A DNA stretch of 64,000 bases from Octopus vulgaris (Eukaryota). Position numbers and translations under genes: made by a program. Position 1 is the stretch's first letter, and every line of letters starts with the position of its first letter. Shown here piece after piece: positions 13,502 through 26,693 of the stretch. The notes beneath the pieces are model-generated. The model was not told the origin of the DNA and did not search any database. It was given only the letters and a program-made list of their open reading frames with translations. The stretch is taken from the NCBI GenBank assembly GCA_951406725.2, contig OX597826.1, positions 3,782,001-3,846,000 of the forward strand, written 5' to 3'.

Positions 13502-13854
13502 ATATATATAAATTAATGTAAATGTTCATATGCATATATATGTGCATGTGTGTATACATATATACAAATATATACACACAGCATATATACATATGTATAT
13601 ATGTATATATATATATATATACGTACATATATATATATGAGGAAGATAGCTTACTATTAACTTTGTAACTATTACTAATGTGCAGGCGTATGGTCATTTC
13701 ACTAATAATAACAATAATAATGATAATAATAACAATGGAAAGAATAATAAATATTTGAACTCAGTTGGAACAGAAGTAATATCCATGGTTTTCTCCTCAA
13801 GGTCTTATATTCTTTTGAGTAAATTTCCTTTCTATTTGCTTTAGAAGCAGACAA

Positions 13855-13923
<69 letters not shown>

Positions 13924-14065
13924 CACACGCACACATACAGAAGCACATTAGTGCGTACAGAAACACGCAAATACACACATGCAATCCTTCTTATTGTCTC
14001 TCTCTTACTTTACAGTATTTCTCCTTCTCGCATGTAGCAAATGTGTGTGTATACATATATATGTA

Positions 14066-14100
<35 letters not shown>

Positions 14101-14494
14101 AAGCATATCGTTCATTCATGAATATGTGTGTTCATGTACATCTATATGGCCACACACAAACTAAAATGGAGAATGCAAAAAAAGACAATTTATGGAAAAG
14201 TATTTAAACGAACTTAAATGCCCTACAATATGGTGGCACGGAAGTGACAAATTCAACAAACGTAAGATAAATATAAAATAACGATCTGGACATCTCCATA
14301 GACTCCGAGTTGAACAGGAGATAAGTGACATCTAACGGTTACCCAAATGTGTTTCAGCTTAGTGATCGTGCCTCCAGAGAAGGCGCATAAATTCTTGTGT
14401 GTATGAAAAATCATACACAAGCACAGATGTATATAGACTCTTGTGTGTGTGTATATATATATATATATATAAATACATATATATATATACATAT

Positions 14495-14525
<31 letters not shown>

Positions 14526-14990
14526 CGTATATATACATATGTATATATATATATACATATATATATATATACGTATATATACATATGTATATATATATAT
14601 CTATATATATATACATATGTATATACATATACCCTCACACCGACACACATATATACACAGACACACACGCAAACACACCACCAAACACACACACACACAT
14701 ATTATTTATATATACAGATATTTATGTATGTGTGTGATTGTGTTCGTCTGGGTATTTTTATGTGTGTGTATGTGTGAAAAACTTTTAGGAAAATATCCTT
14801 GATACATACACGACATTTGATGAAATATTTTCCCAAGTTCGAAAGTATAATATTGAAAAAAACATCATTATAAGAAAAACAAAGCAGGACGGTGATGCCA
14901 CAGACCAGTTGGAAGTAACTTTGCGCATCATGTTGGGTGTTTTTGCTATGTACATCAAATACACGCGTTATGTTATATAAACATACATAC

Positions 14991-15031
<41 letters not shown>

Positions 15032-15460
15032 ACACACACATGCACTGAGAGATAAATATCATTTAATGTACACAGGGCTTAATAAAGGGCTTCTAATAAT
15101 TCCATACCGTTGATATATTAGTACGCAATGTTTCCAATTCTTGTGAGTCAATGCATTCCGTTAGCCGTATCTGAACTCCACGGCACATGTATATGAAAAA
15201 TATTGTGGAAAATCTCGAGGAGAATCGTGAAAAGGTGGTGATGCAAACATTGGAAAGAGAAGATGGAATAGAAACATAAGAAAATCAAGATTTGCGTACC
15301 TCTTTGTCTGTAGACATCAAAATTAGACTAATTGATGTAGAATAATACAACGAAGGGAAGAAGTTTGTCCATGTACTTGCATTTGATAAAAATTTCGGAT
15401 CTGGAGTTAAGTAGTGTGGAAAATTTTCGGGAGGTAAACAGAAAGCGATAACATTCATTT

Positions 15461-15972
15461 ACGTATAGCTTGCAGTATTTTCACCCATTTATATTTGGTG
15501 TAGATTTCTCCACTAGATTGTGTGTGATGTGCAGTTGGTCAATAGAAGCCATACATGGCTAGCGAACTTAGTGGCTTCAGTTTTATCAACGTATAGCTTG
15601 CAGTATTTTGATCCATTTATATTTGGTGTAGATATCTCCACTAGATTGTATGTCGTGTGCAGTTGGTCATCAGAAGCCATACATGGCTAGCCAACTTAGT
15701 GGCTTCAGTTTTATCAACGTATAGCTTGCAGTATTTTGATACATTTATATTTGGTGTAGATATCTCCACTAGATTGTATGTCGTGTGCAGTTGGTCATCA
15801 GAAGCCATACATGGCTAGCCAACTTAGTGGCTTCAGTTTTATCAACGTATAGCTTGCAGTATTTTCACCCATTTATATTTGGTGTAGATATCTCCACTAG
15901 ATTGTATGTCGTGTGCAGTTGGTCATCAGAAGCCATACATGGCTAGCCAACTTAGTGGCTTCAGTTTTATCA
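15461..15972. repeat. Tandem array, 4 x 128 bp
   Basis: Units start ACGTATAGCTTGCAG at 15461, 15589, 15717 and 15845; near-identical. Confidence 0.95.
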
Positions 15973-16450
15973 ATGTGGAGGAAGGAAGACCGGTGGTGCG
16001 CATAGTGATTTTTAAAATTGCATCGCATGAACCGGCGAAATTTTCCTCTTCGATTACGGTATATGGGAGCCATGCTACTATTTCGGGTGCATAAATGATT
16101 GATTTTATAAAATGTGCCTGATCGAACGGACACGCTTCAGGGTCTCAACTGTTTCATGTGGGAATGGCCCCTTGATGTGACTTGCGAATGATAATATCCT
16201 TCAGCAGATGTGTAAAATTTTTATTGAGGGATTATTAAAAACTCTTCCTTTATCTGTGGTTTACTGGAAGATGCTGATAAAATAATACTTCGAATTTCTT
16301 GCCTATGTTACATTTAACATTTGAGAAAATGGGATGAGCCATATTATTTTCCTCTGTGCCTTTTCCTTTATCCATCTTTAATTGAAAAGTTATATGATAT
16401 AACTCTGAAGCCGGTGTTAGCAAGACCATAGTTATAGAAAGACGCAACTT
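15461..16450 (-). mobile_element. Decayed Penelope-like element: RT-endonuclease linker and GIY-YIG endonuclease fragment
   Basis: Stitched minus-strand frames give FYNYGLANTGF..RKIIW..FSNVKCNIGKKF..QHLPVNHR..VFNNPSIKI..CPFD..SIIY..FKNHYAHHRSSF..ATKLASHVW. This matches the PLE pattern IIWFNPP-S-NVKTNIG..F / CPL-G-C..IIY / FK-RY-NH-SSF..T-LS-HVW. Multiple stops and frameshifts. Confidence 0.75.
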
Positions 16451-17099
16451 AATCAAATATATATATATATAAATACACACACACATATATATATATGCAT
16501 ACATATGCAAATGTTTATGTATATGTGTTTGCATGAGTATGTGTGTGTGCATTTGTGTGTATGTGTGGGTGATTATAATGATGCGTTGGCTCTGTCTGCT
16601 GAGTTCAGTATCTCTTGTGATCGATACTACTTCCGCTATTCCATCCCTGACTTCCATCTTGATTCTTGTTAATTATGCAGTGCGAAACCATGATTCGTAA
16701 TGAATATACTGTTTTGGATAATGTGTGGCACATCTAAAGTTTATATATATATAAAATATATATATTAGTGTTTTGGCACTGAAGTTGTAGTTCTACCACC
16801 TGTTGTAAACTTCCCTTATAATCTTGATTATCAATTTGAAGATATAAAAAGTATTGAGCTGAATTCGCTAGCACTGTTGCAGCACATCTCAGAGATGCTA
16901 ACTTTATAATAAATATCTAAGTTGCTTTAATATATTTAATATAGGTACCATTTTATATATAATTAGAAATATTTATATATATATATTGAAATGAAAATTC
17001 ACTAAGCCAGCAAAATAGAAGTCGTTGGAATACTGAACACAATGACTTACAGCCAAGAACAAAAAATTGAAGACGCATACCAAAATGTATTACTTGTAT

Positions 17100-17470
17100 G
17101 AAACTGCACTTTTCATTTTAATTAAGATCCAAAGTTGTGCATGTTTCCGTCAGATTGATTTCAATAACACATTTTTCTGTGAAGAATATGCATTTTATAG
17201 CGAGTTATATCACGCTGACCCTCTCTGACAGGATTTAAAAGCTAATGAGAAATAAGTAGGCAGTAATAAAATAATATATTACGTATTTTGAAATACTGTT
17301 TTGATTGTCTCATCACATACGGGAAACACCTTACGATACGTTTCCATGATATTATGACCTCATCAGCGTTACATATTCTTACTGAGCTTGGAGAAATAGC
17401 AATGGGAGAACGAATACATAAATTCTCATTCATCTACTCTGATTGTCATAGGAAAATAGAGTAGTTCAGG
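17100..17470 (-). mobile_element. Highly decayed Penelope-like reverse transcriptase fragment
   Basis: TTLFSYDNQ / NLCIRSPIA / SWKRIVRCF / IFFTE..TLDL are collinear with PLE RT motifs TYF-FN..GL-MGSP..W-RYVDD-F..IKFT-E..FLD. Confidence 0.45.
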
Positions 17471-17540
17471 AAATAAATGAGGCCAAAACATACCTGGTGT
17501 TCCCTCACACTCTTGTCGATCTCAGCAGAATAGTATTTAC

Positions 17541-17611
17541 CTCTTTTACTCTTTTACTTGTTTCAATCATTTATCTGCGGTCATGCTGGAGCACCGCCTT
17601 TAGTCGAGTAA

Positions 17612-17646
<35 letters not shown>

Positions 17647-17817
17647 CATATATACGACGGGCTTCTTTAAGTTTCCCTCTACCACATCCACTCAAAATGC
17701 TTTGGTTGGCCCGAGGCTATAGTAGAAGACACTTACCCAAAGTGCCACGCAGTGGGACTGAACCCGGAATTATGTGGTTGGTAAGCAAGCTACTTAACAC
17801 ACAGCCACTCATGCGCC
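17541..17817 (-). mobile_element. SINE family C, internally deleted
   Basis: Reverse complement matches the head and tail of 13017-13501. Confidence 0.9.
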
Positions 17818-17867
17818 TATGATGATTATTTAGTATTTTTATTTCTGTCTAATTATTCCTAGTCAAC

Positions 17868-18560
17868 TTTCCAATGTTCTCGGCGTATACTCTCGTCAAG
17901 AAATATGTTCACGCTAACTTGCTATCAATAATGCTGCCGTAACATTGATCTACCTGTAAATCTATAAATATTTTGCTGACAGTGTACAGCGCAACGATTT
18001 GAATTTTGATAAACACTAAAATAGGTGCAAGAGGTAAACAAGTTTAAATATTTGAAAAGAAATGTTTCTATTGCCACAAACAACTCTATGTGATGGTGCT
18101 GAAAAATATTGAAAGACTAAATATGGTTTGACATATGAACATATTTCCGATAATTCGCTGAAAGGTAAAATCCACAGTTATCACCTTTTACGAAATAAAA
18201 CTTTAAATCTTTATATCCAAAAGGTTTCTACAAAGAATCAATACAGCTGCTTTCCAATATTGTCCAGAACTTGCGAAATATAGATGCCATGATGTTTCCG
18301 TTGCTGAAAGATTTCCTAAGATAAATTAGCGTTTTAACTACAAGTGCTTCTATATACAACCGCATATTTTTCCGACAGCAAATTAATGAATATTATGTCG
18401 AAATTTTATAATTCAAATCATATTTATGTCAAGCTTATCATTTGGAATCTGTTTCTTCTTGAGTTGTAGACTTCTTTCCCACCTACTTTAAACTGGCACC
18501 TGCTAGATCTTCGAGGGTATCCAAGAGAGTCCACTGAATCTCATATCTGAGAAAGGCCTT
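17868..18560 (-). mobile_element. Possible second Penelope-like C-terminal fragment ending in a degenerate hammerhead-like motif
   Basis: Minus strand SLGYP..VVYRSTC..QQRKHH..AIETFLFK followed by TTTC-TTGACGA-GAGTATACGCC-GAGAAC-ATT-GGAAA. Weak and heavily decayed. Confidence 0.3.
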
Positions 18561-18785
18561 CATATACTTGAATATTTTTTTAATTTTATTACGCTAGAGT
18601 TATTTGTAATAGGTTTCTAATAGATTAATCAATAATTTGGGTTTTAACTATATATTCAGAGCGATAAAAGAATCTTTGTTTAGCTCAACTGCAATAAATA
18701 CCGAGGTGTAAGTATATCAATATATCGGTTTATATATTTCGGTGCCGATACTTATATAATTTACTAAAATTTATAACACATACAC

Positions 18786-18786
<1 letters not shown>

Positions 18787-18877
<91 letters not shown>

Positions 18878-18886
18878 GTTTGTCTG

Positions 18887-18926
<40 letters not shown>

Positions 18927-18968
18927 GCTGTCTGTTTTTCTGTCCGTCTGTCTGTCTGTCTGTCTGTC
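18787..18968. repeat. (TCTA)n/(TCTG)n microsatellite
   Basis: Direct inspection. Confidence 0.95.
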
Positions 18969-19121
18969 AGTCTTGCTGTCCCATCGGCCCTATGGATCGC
19001 AGTGACGTGAAATTCTTGTCACGAAGCAGAAAAATTAACTTAAACGACACTCGGTACAAAATATAATCTTTTCGACTCTAGGCACAAGGCCCGAAATTTG
19101 ATTGTAATATTAGCGCTACGA

Positions 19122-19285
19122 GAAAGGCTGCGATCTGACAAAATCTTAAGTGCGTCGAGCAAAATGCATATCGGAATTACGTCCGTCTTCAAATCCCGCC
19201 AGGGTCGACTTTGCCGTTTATCATTTCGGAGTCGATAAAATATATACCAGTCGAATAGTGCTCTGGTGCCAAAATTTGAAACCTA
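19122..19285 (+). mobile_element. Diverged SINE, family A variant (GTGCCAAAATTTGAAACC tail)
   Basis: GGTCGACTTTGCC..TTTCGGAGTCGATAAAA core, as in 48840-49060. Confidence 0.65.
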
Positions 19286-20092
19286 AATGAGTTCTTCTAG
19301 TGAATCGTACGTTTCAATTTTGCCTTATAACTTTTATTTGGAGCACAGTATCAGAACTGTTTTTTTTATAATGCTACTTCCGAAATATTCAAATATTCAA
19401 ACAGCAACAGATGTACAACAAAACAAACATTTTGTAAACCCAATCCTAATGGCAGGAATCCGCAACACACTGAATATTGAGATGATCAAACAAAATATAA
19501 CAGTATACAATTACATTCGGTTATGAATCATATACATTATTAATGATTTACGTTTATTATATTCGGTTAAGAATTATATTTATATTATTAATCATTTACA
19601 TTTATTATATTATATTTATTATATATAACTAATTTAATTTTTGCATTACACGTGTAGATCAGTATAAATTTTAATCCAAGTTATGTCATCATCTCAGTGA
19701 TAAAATTCACTTAATCAATTTATAGAATTTTCAAAATTATTTGTCAGTAAAGATCTACTTCTGATATAAGTTCTTAATTAGTTTGATTCCATTTAAATGT
19801 AATCTAAAATTTTAACAGGAATTCAGATCACGATATTATTTGCTTTAAAATCCCAATTCCATTAATCAACAAGTAATAAATTCCATTAGTTAAAAAGCAA
19901 AAAGGAAAAGTGTTTCTATATTCTGTATGTCTTTGATTTTCTTTTTTATAATTCTGAACAGAATACTTTTTTGTATAACTACATTTGTGCGCACACTCAA
20001 ACAAACACACATTCACTAATTCACACACACACACATATATATATGTGTAATACTTTTATTCGAGTCGACTAATGTTTCAGTTGATTCAATCT

Positions 20093-20140
20093 CTACCTAC
20101 TGAGAGTTTCACCTGCACGTAAAGAGGTTCTTCAGGCAAC
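20093..20140 (-). ncRNA. Hammerhead-like motif
   Basis: Minus strand GTTGC-CTGAAGA-ACCT-loop-AGGT-GAAA-CT-CTC-AG-T-A-GGTAG. Core and helices II and III intact; helix I is off by one base. Confidence 0.5.
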
Positions 20141-20797
20141 TCAAGGTATTATTGTAACGATGTTCAAACTCTGAGTAACAGGAGACAGGCTCGACAACTA
20201 AGAAGATTTTTAAAACACTACTATTGTATCCTGTACACTACCTTACGATAGTCATCACTAAAGATGTAAGTATGTGTATCATATGTCTGTGTGTATGAGC
20301 ATAAATTTTGTGTGCATTTTTTTGTGTGTGTGTGTGCGTGAATGTGTAATGTACTGAAATCTATTTCGTGATCGTTGAATGTAAAAGATATAAACCAATG
20401 CCGATATCAAAGTCCGAATAGTTTCAGATTATAAACGATGTACACATGTTTTGCGAAACCTTAGTATGTTAGACTACAGAAGACAGAAGTTACACTGCAT
20501 TCATTCAACACTGTAAAAAAATCAACACAAACTATACTTTCGGGACCGAAGCATAGAGGACATTTGTAGTTATTGACTTGTGAGTTATGTAAAGAATTAC
20601 ATTTCTACGAATATATGTTAGCAGCAAACAGATTTCTAATGGTGTAGAACATTCTAAATGAGCGAGTTATATTTCAGTCGACCATACGGAAGAAATATCT
20701 GCTCTCCATAACTAACCACTTTAATAAATCACATTGAAGAGAAGTCATGCTCAGTTTTAGATATACGATCAGTCAACCTTGTTATGTCCCCACCATC

Positions 20798-20870
<73 letters not shown>

Positions 20871-20938
20871 ATGTCTGTCTGTCCCTCTATCTGTCTATCT
20901 GTCTATTTATCTATCTACATACATATATATATATATAT

Positions 20939-20998
<60 letters not shown>

Positions 20999-21117
20999 AT
21001 ACAGATATATATATAGAGATAATGTGTTTATATGTGCGTGTGTATGAATGTACATATATGTATATATATATATGCATGTATAAGCATGCATATGTATGTC
21101 TATATCTATGTATACAA

Positions 21118-21233
<116 letters not shown>

Positions 21234-21912
21234 GTATATATATACACATACACACATATATCACTCTATCACTCTCACTTTTTCTCCCACCTCTCTGTCT
21301 TTGTCTTTATCTCACTACTACTCACTCCGACTCTTTATTCCAATGACTTCAAGATCTGCTTCTAGTCTTATCCATCATGATGTATTAAGCGTAAGCATTT
21401 CCCAAAGCTATATATTAAAGTCATCATGTGAAACTTAAATCACTTAAGTAGACGTTGCCGCAAAAATATAAGTTAAATGCCACTCTAATTACAACTATAA
21501 AATCAGATGAAAATACATAACTTTAAACAAAATGAAGGAAAGAGAAGAACCATTATTGAATATAGAAAGCTATAATTCATTGCAAGCTGAAATTTCACAA
21601 ATCGTTATACAGAGTATGTGTGAAAATATCTATATATATGTAGAAAATTACGCTTTGTCAAAATCATACTAATAAACGGTTGTTAAAATTCAATATACAC
21701 ATGTCCTAGTGTAAAATATCAGGTGTGTACATTGCACAATATCAATTAAATGATGACAAAAGAACAGGAATTATTGGAACGCTTTCATTAGCTCTAGGCA
21801 TGTTTGCGCACTGAGAAAAGTAGCATCTGTATACTAGTGATTGTGTAACTCCTCTTTGTTTTATATTAGTATATATATGTTTGTGTGTGTGTGTGTGTGC
21901 GTGTGTGTGTGT

Positions 21913-22104
21913 GGGGGGTAGAATTGACGAAAAAGACAAAACACGAAGACAGGTGGAGTAGAAAACATATAAATGTATTAGTATAACGCTTGGGATTGAA
22001 AAGGTCTTTAACGTTTCAAGCCTACGCTCTTCCACAGAAAGGAACACAGAAAGAAACAAGGAGAGAAAAAAATGTGTGTAGTGGCAAGCGATCTATCATG
22101 GCGA
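21913..22104 (-). mobile_element. ~190-bp microsatellite-embedded element (family D) carrying a hammerhead-like core
   Basis: Minus strand CTTT-CTGTGGA-A-GAGC-GTAG-GCTT-GAAA-CG-TT-AAAG at 22006-22041. Related to 41472-41637 and 62947-63148. Confidence 0.65.
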
Positions 22105-22682
22105 ATATATATATATATATGTAATCTCTTCTTTTCTACGTGGATTTAAAAGAATCGAAAAAATTCTAAAAATAAGCAATTGTTGTAGGGAAGGAGGAAA
22201 GTAAAATTTTGAAAACGTGATTTTTGAAAAGAATCGTATTCTCCTATATCGAATAATTTTTTTTAAAAAAGATGGATGTGAGTGGTACGGAAAATGTGCC
22301 AATAATTGTGGCAATAAACATATTTTTGCTCGTGTTTTCTTTGACAAATAGGGATTTGTGCATCACAAATGCACACATAACACTCCTTGTACATTGCTGC
22401 ATTTTCCGACATCAAACATTAAAATTGGCAACATAGATTAGAAGTAAATCCAAATATTGCTCGAAAATGCCTTCAAAGTTGTGCGACCCGACCTCGTTTT
22501 CGAGGTAATTTTGGTTGTAAAAAAGAGTCGATGCGCAAGCAACCCACTTTAAATGGTAGCCGAAACATTACTGAATCTTTTGATACGTCATACGTTAAAA
22601 TCGGCAAGACAGCTTTCGAATCCATAAGGAATATACGCACCACGCACAGACCATACATACACACACAACCCCCCTCTCTCTC

Positions 22683-22718
<36 letters not shown>

Positions 22719-23500
22719 GAGAACTTTATTTAGGGAACAGAATTATACAGCTAAAGTGGAGGTTGAGTGGTCATGCAGTGAGATATCTACTTGTTTGTGT
22801 TCTTTTCTCTCTTCAACCTTCAGCCACTGCGTGTATATATTTTTCTATGTACAGACACTCTTATGTTAGCAAGCATTAACAAAACATACAAAGCCACACG
22901 CATACACACAGGCAGAAATTTACACAACTTAATGTAAATATGAAGCACTCGTAAAAATAAACACACATGGAACTGCAGACGAACTCTAATTTTTAAAACT
23001 GAGATTCGCTTCATATAAATATACATGCCGGTTATGACCATTCGAAATGTTCCCTCTAACAACTTACTTGGGTATTTGCCACGGCTATCTGCGTCCTTTT
23101 CATTTGTAAGACATACAGAGGAACAAAACAAATGTTATGTAAGCCTTGTTCTTAATTCAGCCCCCAAAACAAATGTACAATCAATTAGTTTAGCTGTAGG
23201 TAAAGCACAAACCTCATATCCTCATAGATGGAAATTGCTTTCGAGATTTAAAGAGTGTTCTCTTGGTTCGTACTTCGTATTTTATTTACTTCAAGAAAAG
23301 CAAGGACAACAATTCTGGCCATTCTATAGATTATATATTTCGGAAAATATTTCGGGTATTGATTGCAGAACGACGACAATCCATTATTCTCTCTCTCTAT
23401 CTCTCTCTCTCCCCCCCTCCCTCTCTCTATCATCTATCTCACTGTTTATCTATATTTATATATCTCTTTTTCTCTCTCTATCTATGTATCTATCTCTCTT

Positions 23501-23548
<48 letters not shown>

Positions 23549-24548
23549 CGTATATGTGTGTGTGCGTGTATATACATGTGTGTTTGTGTGAGTGTGTCAG
23601 TGCATACGTGTGTTTGTGCGCTTGTGTATATGTATGTATACTCACACACAAACCAGCACGGATGTGAATGCATAAACGCATACACAATATATATGCATAT
23701 ACTTTCTAGATATAGACAAAATACAGACTCGAATTTAGAGAGTACAATATTCAGAGGAATATATATTGAATAGTGAAAGGGTTAACATTAAACGTAAAAC
23801 TAAGATACATAAATATGTTGTAAAATGAGTGGGAAAATAAATATATACTTTTTTCTTTGAATGTCAAATGTGGTTGTAGGAATACAGTTATATAAATTGT
23901 ACTTACAATGTTCATTGAGTGTCAAATGATAGTTCTTCCTTTGAATGAGTATCACATGTTGTACAAATAAATATTCGTACAGATGTAAAAGAAAAGAATA
24001 TGACACACTTCTTTTCACACGAAACTCTAGATCGTGATATCGTCTAGCCTATTACGAAATTCCTACCGGATTTTGTGTGTTCTTCATGTCAGAAAAGAAG
24101 TGGAAGCGAGAACAGATTTGAGGGAATGTTTTCCACCACATCTTTTTTGTTCATGACAGAACAATGGATGATTTACTTAGAACAAACAATAGTTAAGATG
24201 GGAGGAATAGTGTTACCTTAAATGAAATTACTTGTCAGTGTGTCTCTGTTTGGGAACTGAGTGATGGATTGAAAAGGAAAAAAAAAAAAAAAAAGGATGT
24301 TACGCTACGACAATAATGATTTCTACAGAAGTATCAAAGAACCACAGGAAAAGGATGAGAACAAATGTCTTAAACCAATAACCGAATGTTACAAATCAGG
24401 GCGAGAATTAAATTTTCTGTTGGGGGTCGCACATGATGTGGGTAACGTAAAAATTGGAAAATCTCCGATTAAGGGACACCAATACTCTGGATAAAGTTGA
24501 GAGGAATATAATTACCAAGACGATATTTTTCTCTCACAATATGTACAT

Positions 24549-24603
<55 letters not shown>

Positions 24604-24661
24604 AAGTATTAGTGTAACATGACCGTTTCAAGCGACTCCATTTAACTGAACAATGTAAACA

Positions 24662-25192
24662 TTACATCAATTTAAATATCTCCAGTTGCAATAAGCAATA
24701 AGATACTAATAGTTCAGTTTTATCCTTCGACAAAGACAAGTCTCTAACTAAATCATTTAACTCTCCTTGAGAAAACTTCTGTGGTACGTCTTCATTTTCA
24801 ATCGTGAAATCTGCATCCACTTCTGTGTCTTCCACAGCAGCAGTGTTTTCTTCAGGAAATACATCTTCATCAGACTTTACAATAAACCCACAAACATTAA
24901 TGTTGCAGAAATAACAGTCCATGAAATGATCTTTTGGCTCTCTCCATATCATAGGTATTGCAAATGGCATTGTTCTCTTCCTCTTATTTAGGAAATCCCT
25001 TAGTACATTTGAACAAACTCACCAGATGATGTGCAGGGTCCAACTCTTATCTTGATCCTAGAGAGAGCAGCCAAAGTATAACTGGTAGATCTTCTTGATT
25101 TCACTTGTGATGGCACGTTGCTGAGCTTTGGTGGTAAATGAACCACAGACATGACAAAATATATCAGGACTGTTCTTGCAATGCCTTGACAT
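24662..25192 (-). pseudogene. Chapaev3-like (CMC group) DNA transposase N-terminus, pseudogenised
   Basis: MSRHCKNSPDIFCHVCGSFT..IYQLYFGCSL*DQDKSWTLHIIW*VC..MPFAIPMIWREPKDHFMDCYFC..FSQGELNDLVRDLSLSKDKTELL carries the characteristic FCxxCG / GDQDKSW / PMxWREP / DCYFC / ELNDLVRDL motifs. Two in-frame stops and an apparent internal deletion. Confidence 0.85.
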
Positions 25193-25943
25193 CCTGAGTA
25201 GAATTTGATGATGATGATGATGATGACTTGGCACCTTAAACAGAAAGTAAAATGTATGAAAAGAAAAGATTATGAAAACATAAAATTACAAAATGTATAC
25301 AATTAATTATAAAACAGAAGTCAAAATTTACCTGTATAAGACGTTTACCTGTAGCGATACTGCTGATGGGAGTGATATACCTCTCTTATATCATCAGAAA
25401 AACTGTGCCTGATAGAAGGAAGCCGATTGCATTTTTGAAATCTGCGGACAAATAATCTACATATAAAACACCATATAATATCCCTGATGAAAATTGGATG
25501 TTGACCAGTGTAATTTATCAGTACTACAATATAAAAGAATTTATTTATGTTTTGATCCAATTTTTTATCCTTATATATATACATCGCCAGCAAAAGAACG
25601 AATAAAATGACCCAAGATGGATGATACTTACAGCAACTGGAGTGAGATCTAAGGAGCGAAAGGTGGCTGTGCACAGGACGGGAGAGGCAGCTGAAAGAGC
25701 ATCTTGCTGGCTTTGATGTACGAGAGAAGAGCTAAGCTGGCAGTCAGGAGGAGTTGAGGAACAGTATTTTGGCCACCTCTGCTGACCCGCCAATGGAAGG
25801 GTGTTACGGTTCAGAGTCGAAACACCTGATGAACGGTGGATAAGTTGTGACGATATCAGCTCCTCCTGGCCAAGGATCTATTCACTTTGCTGAATGGATA
25901 AAGCACCTCGTTATTATAATATATATACATATATAAACACACA

Positions 25944-26032
<89 letters not shown>

Positions 26033-26252
26033 GCTAGAATTGGTTAGAGTAATATTGATAGATAAACAATAGTAATTAGAGAAATGTGTTCCATCTTACA
26101 CATATCGTAACTTCAATAAATTAATTCATAGTAAAATAAACATGAAAAATAAATGGATTTCATTCTAGAAATATGTAGAATACGAACTAAAGTGACATAT
26201 GTATATATAGTATATACGCCTGTGTATATATGTATATATGTACATATATATA

Positions 26253-26286
<34 letters not shown>

Positions 26287-26359
26287 ATACATTCACTCAT
26301 ATATGTATATTTACACACATGCACAGACATATACCTATATACATACATATGTATGTATG

Positions 26360-26397
<38 letters not shown>

Positions 26398-26438
26398 ATA
26401 TATATATATATATAAATATATATAAATGTACCTAAACG

Positions 26439-26505
<67 letters not shown>

Positions 26506-26572
26506 GTTTAAATATTTGTTGTGCAAGATTTTTTATGTGAACGTGTGTTGAAATATGACCATTCCGAAATAT

Positions 26573-26693
<121 letters not shown>

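Noticed and set aside
15461-15972. CRISPR-like array
   Set aside because: Units repeat over their whole length with no unique spacers; eukaryotic context and no cas genes.
17330-17372. Minus-strand CTGATGA..GAAACGTA hammerhead-like string
   Set aside because: Helix II does not form at its base, and the string lies inside the putative RT-coding remnant; likely chance.
15461-17470. One continuous Penelope element joining the RT fragment to the GIY-YIG fragment
   Set aside because: Collinear and on the same strand, but the motif styles may belong to different PLE clades and the intervening sequence is unreadable; reported separately.
25819-25835. GAAACACCTGATGA
   Set aside because: The boxes are too close together for any hammerhead topology.
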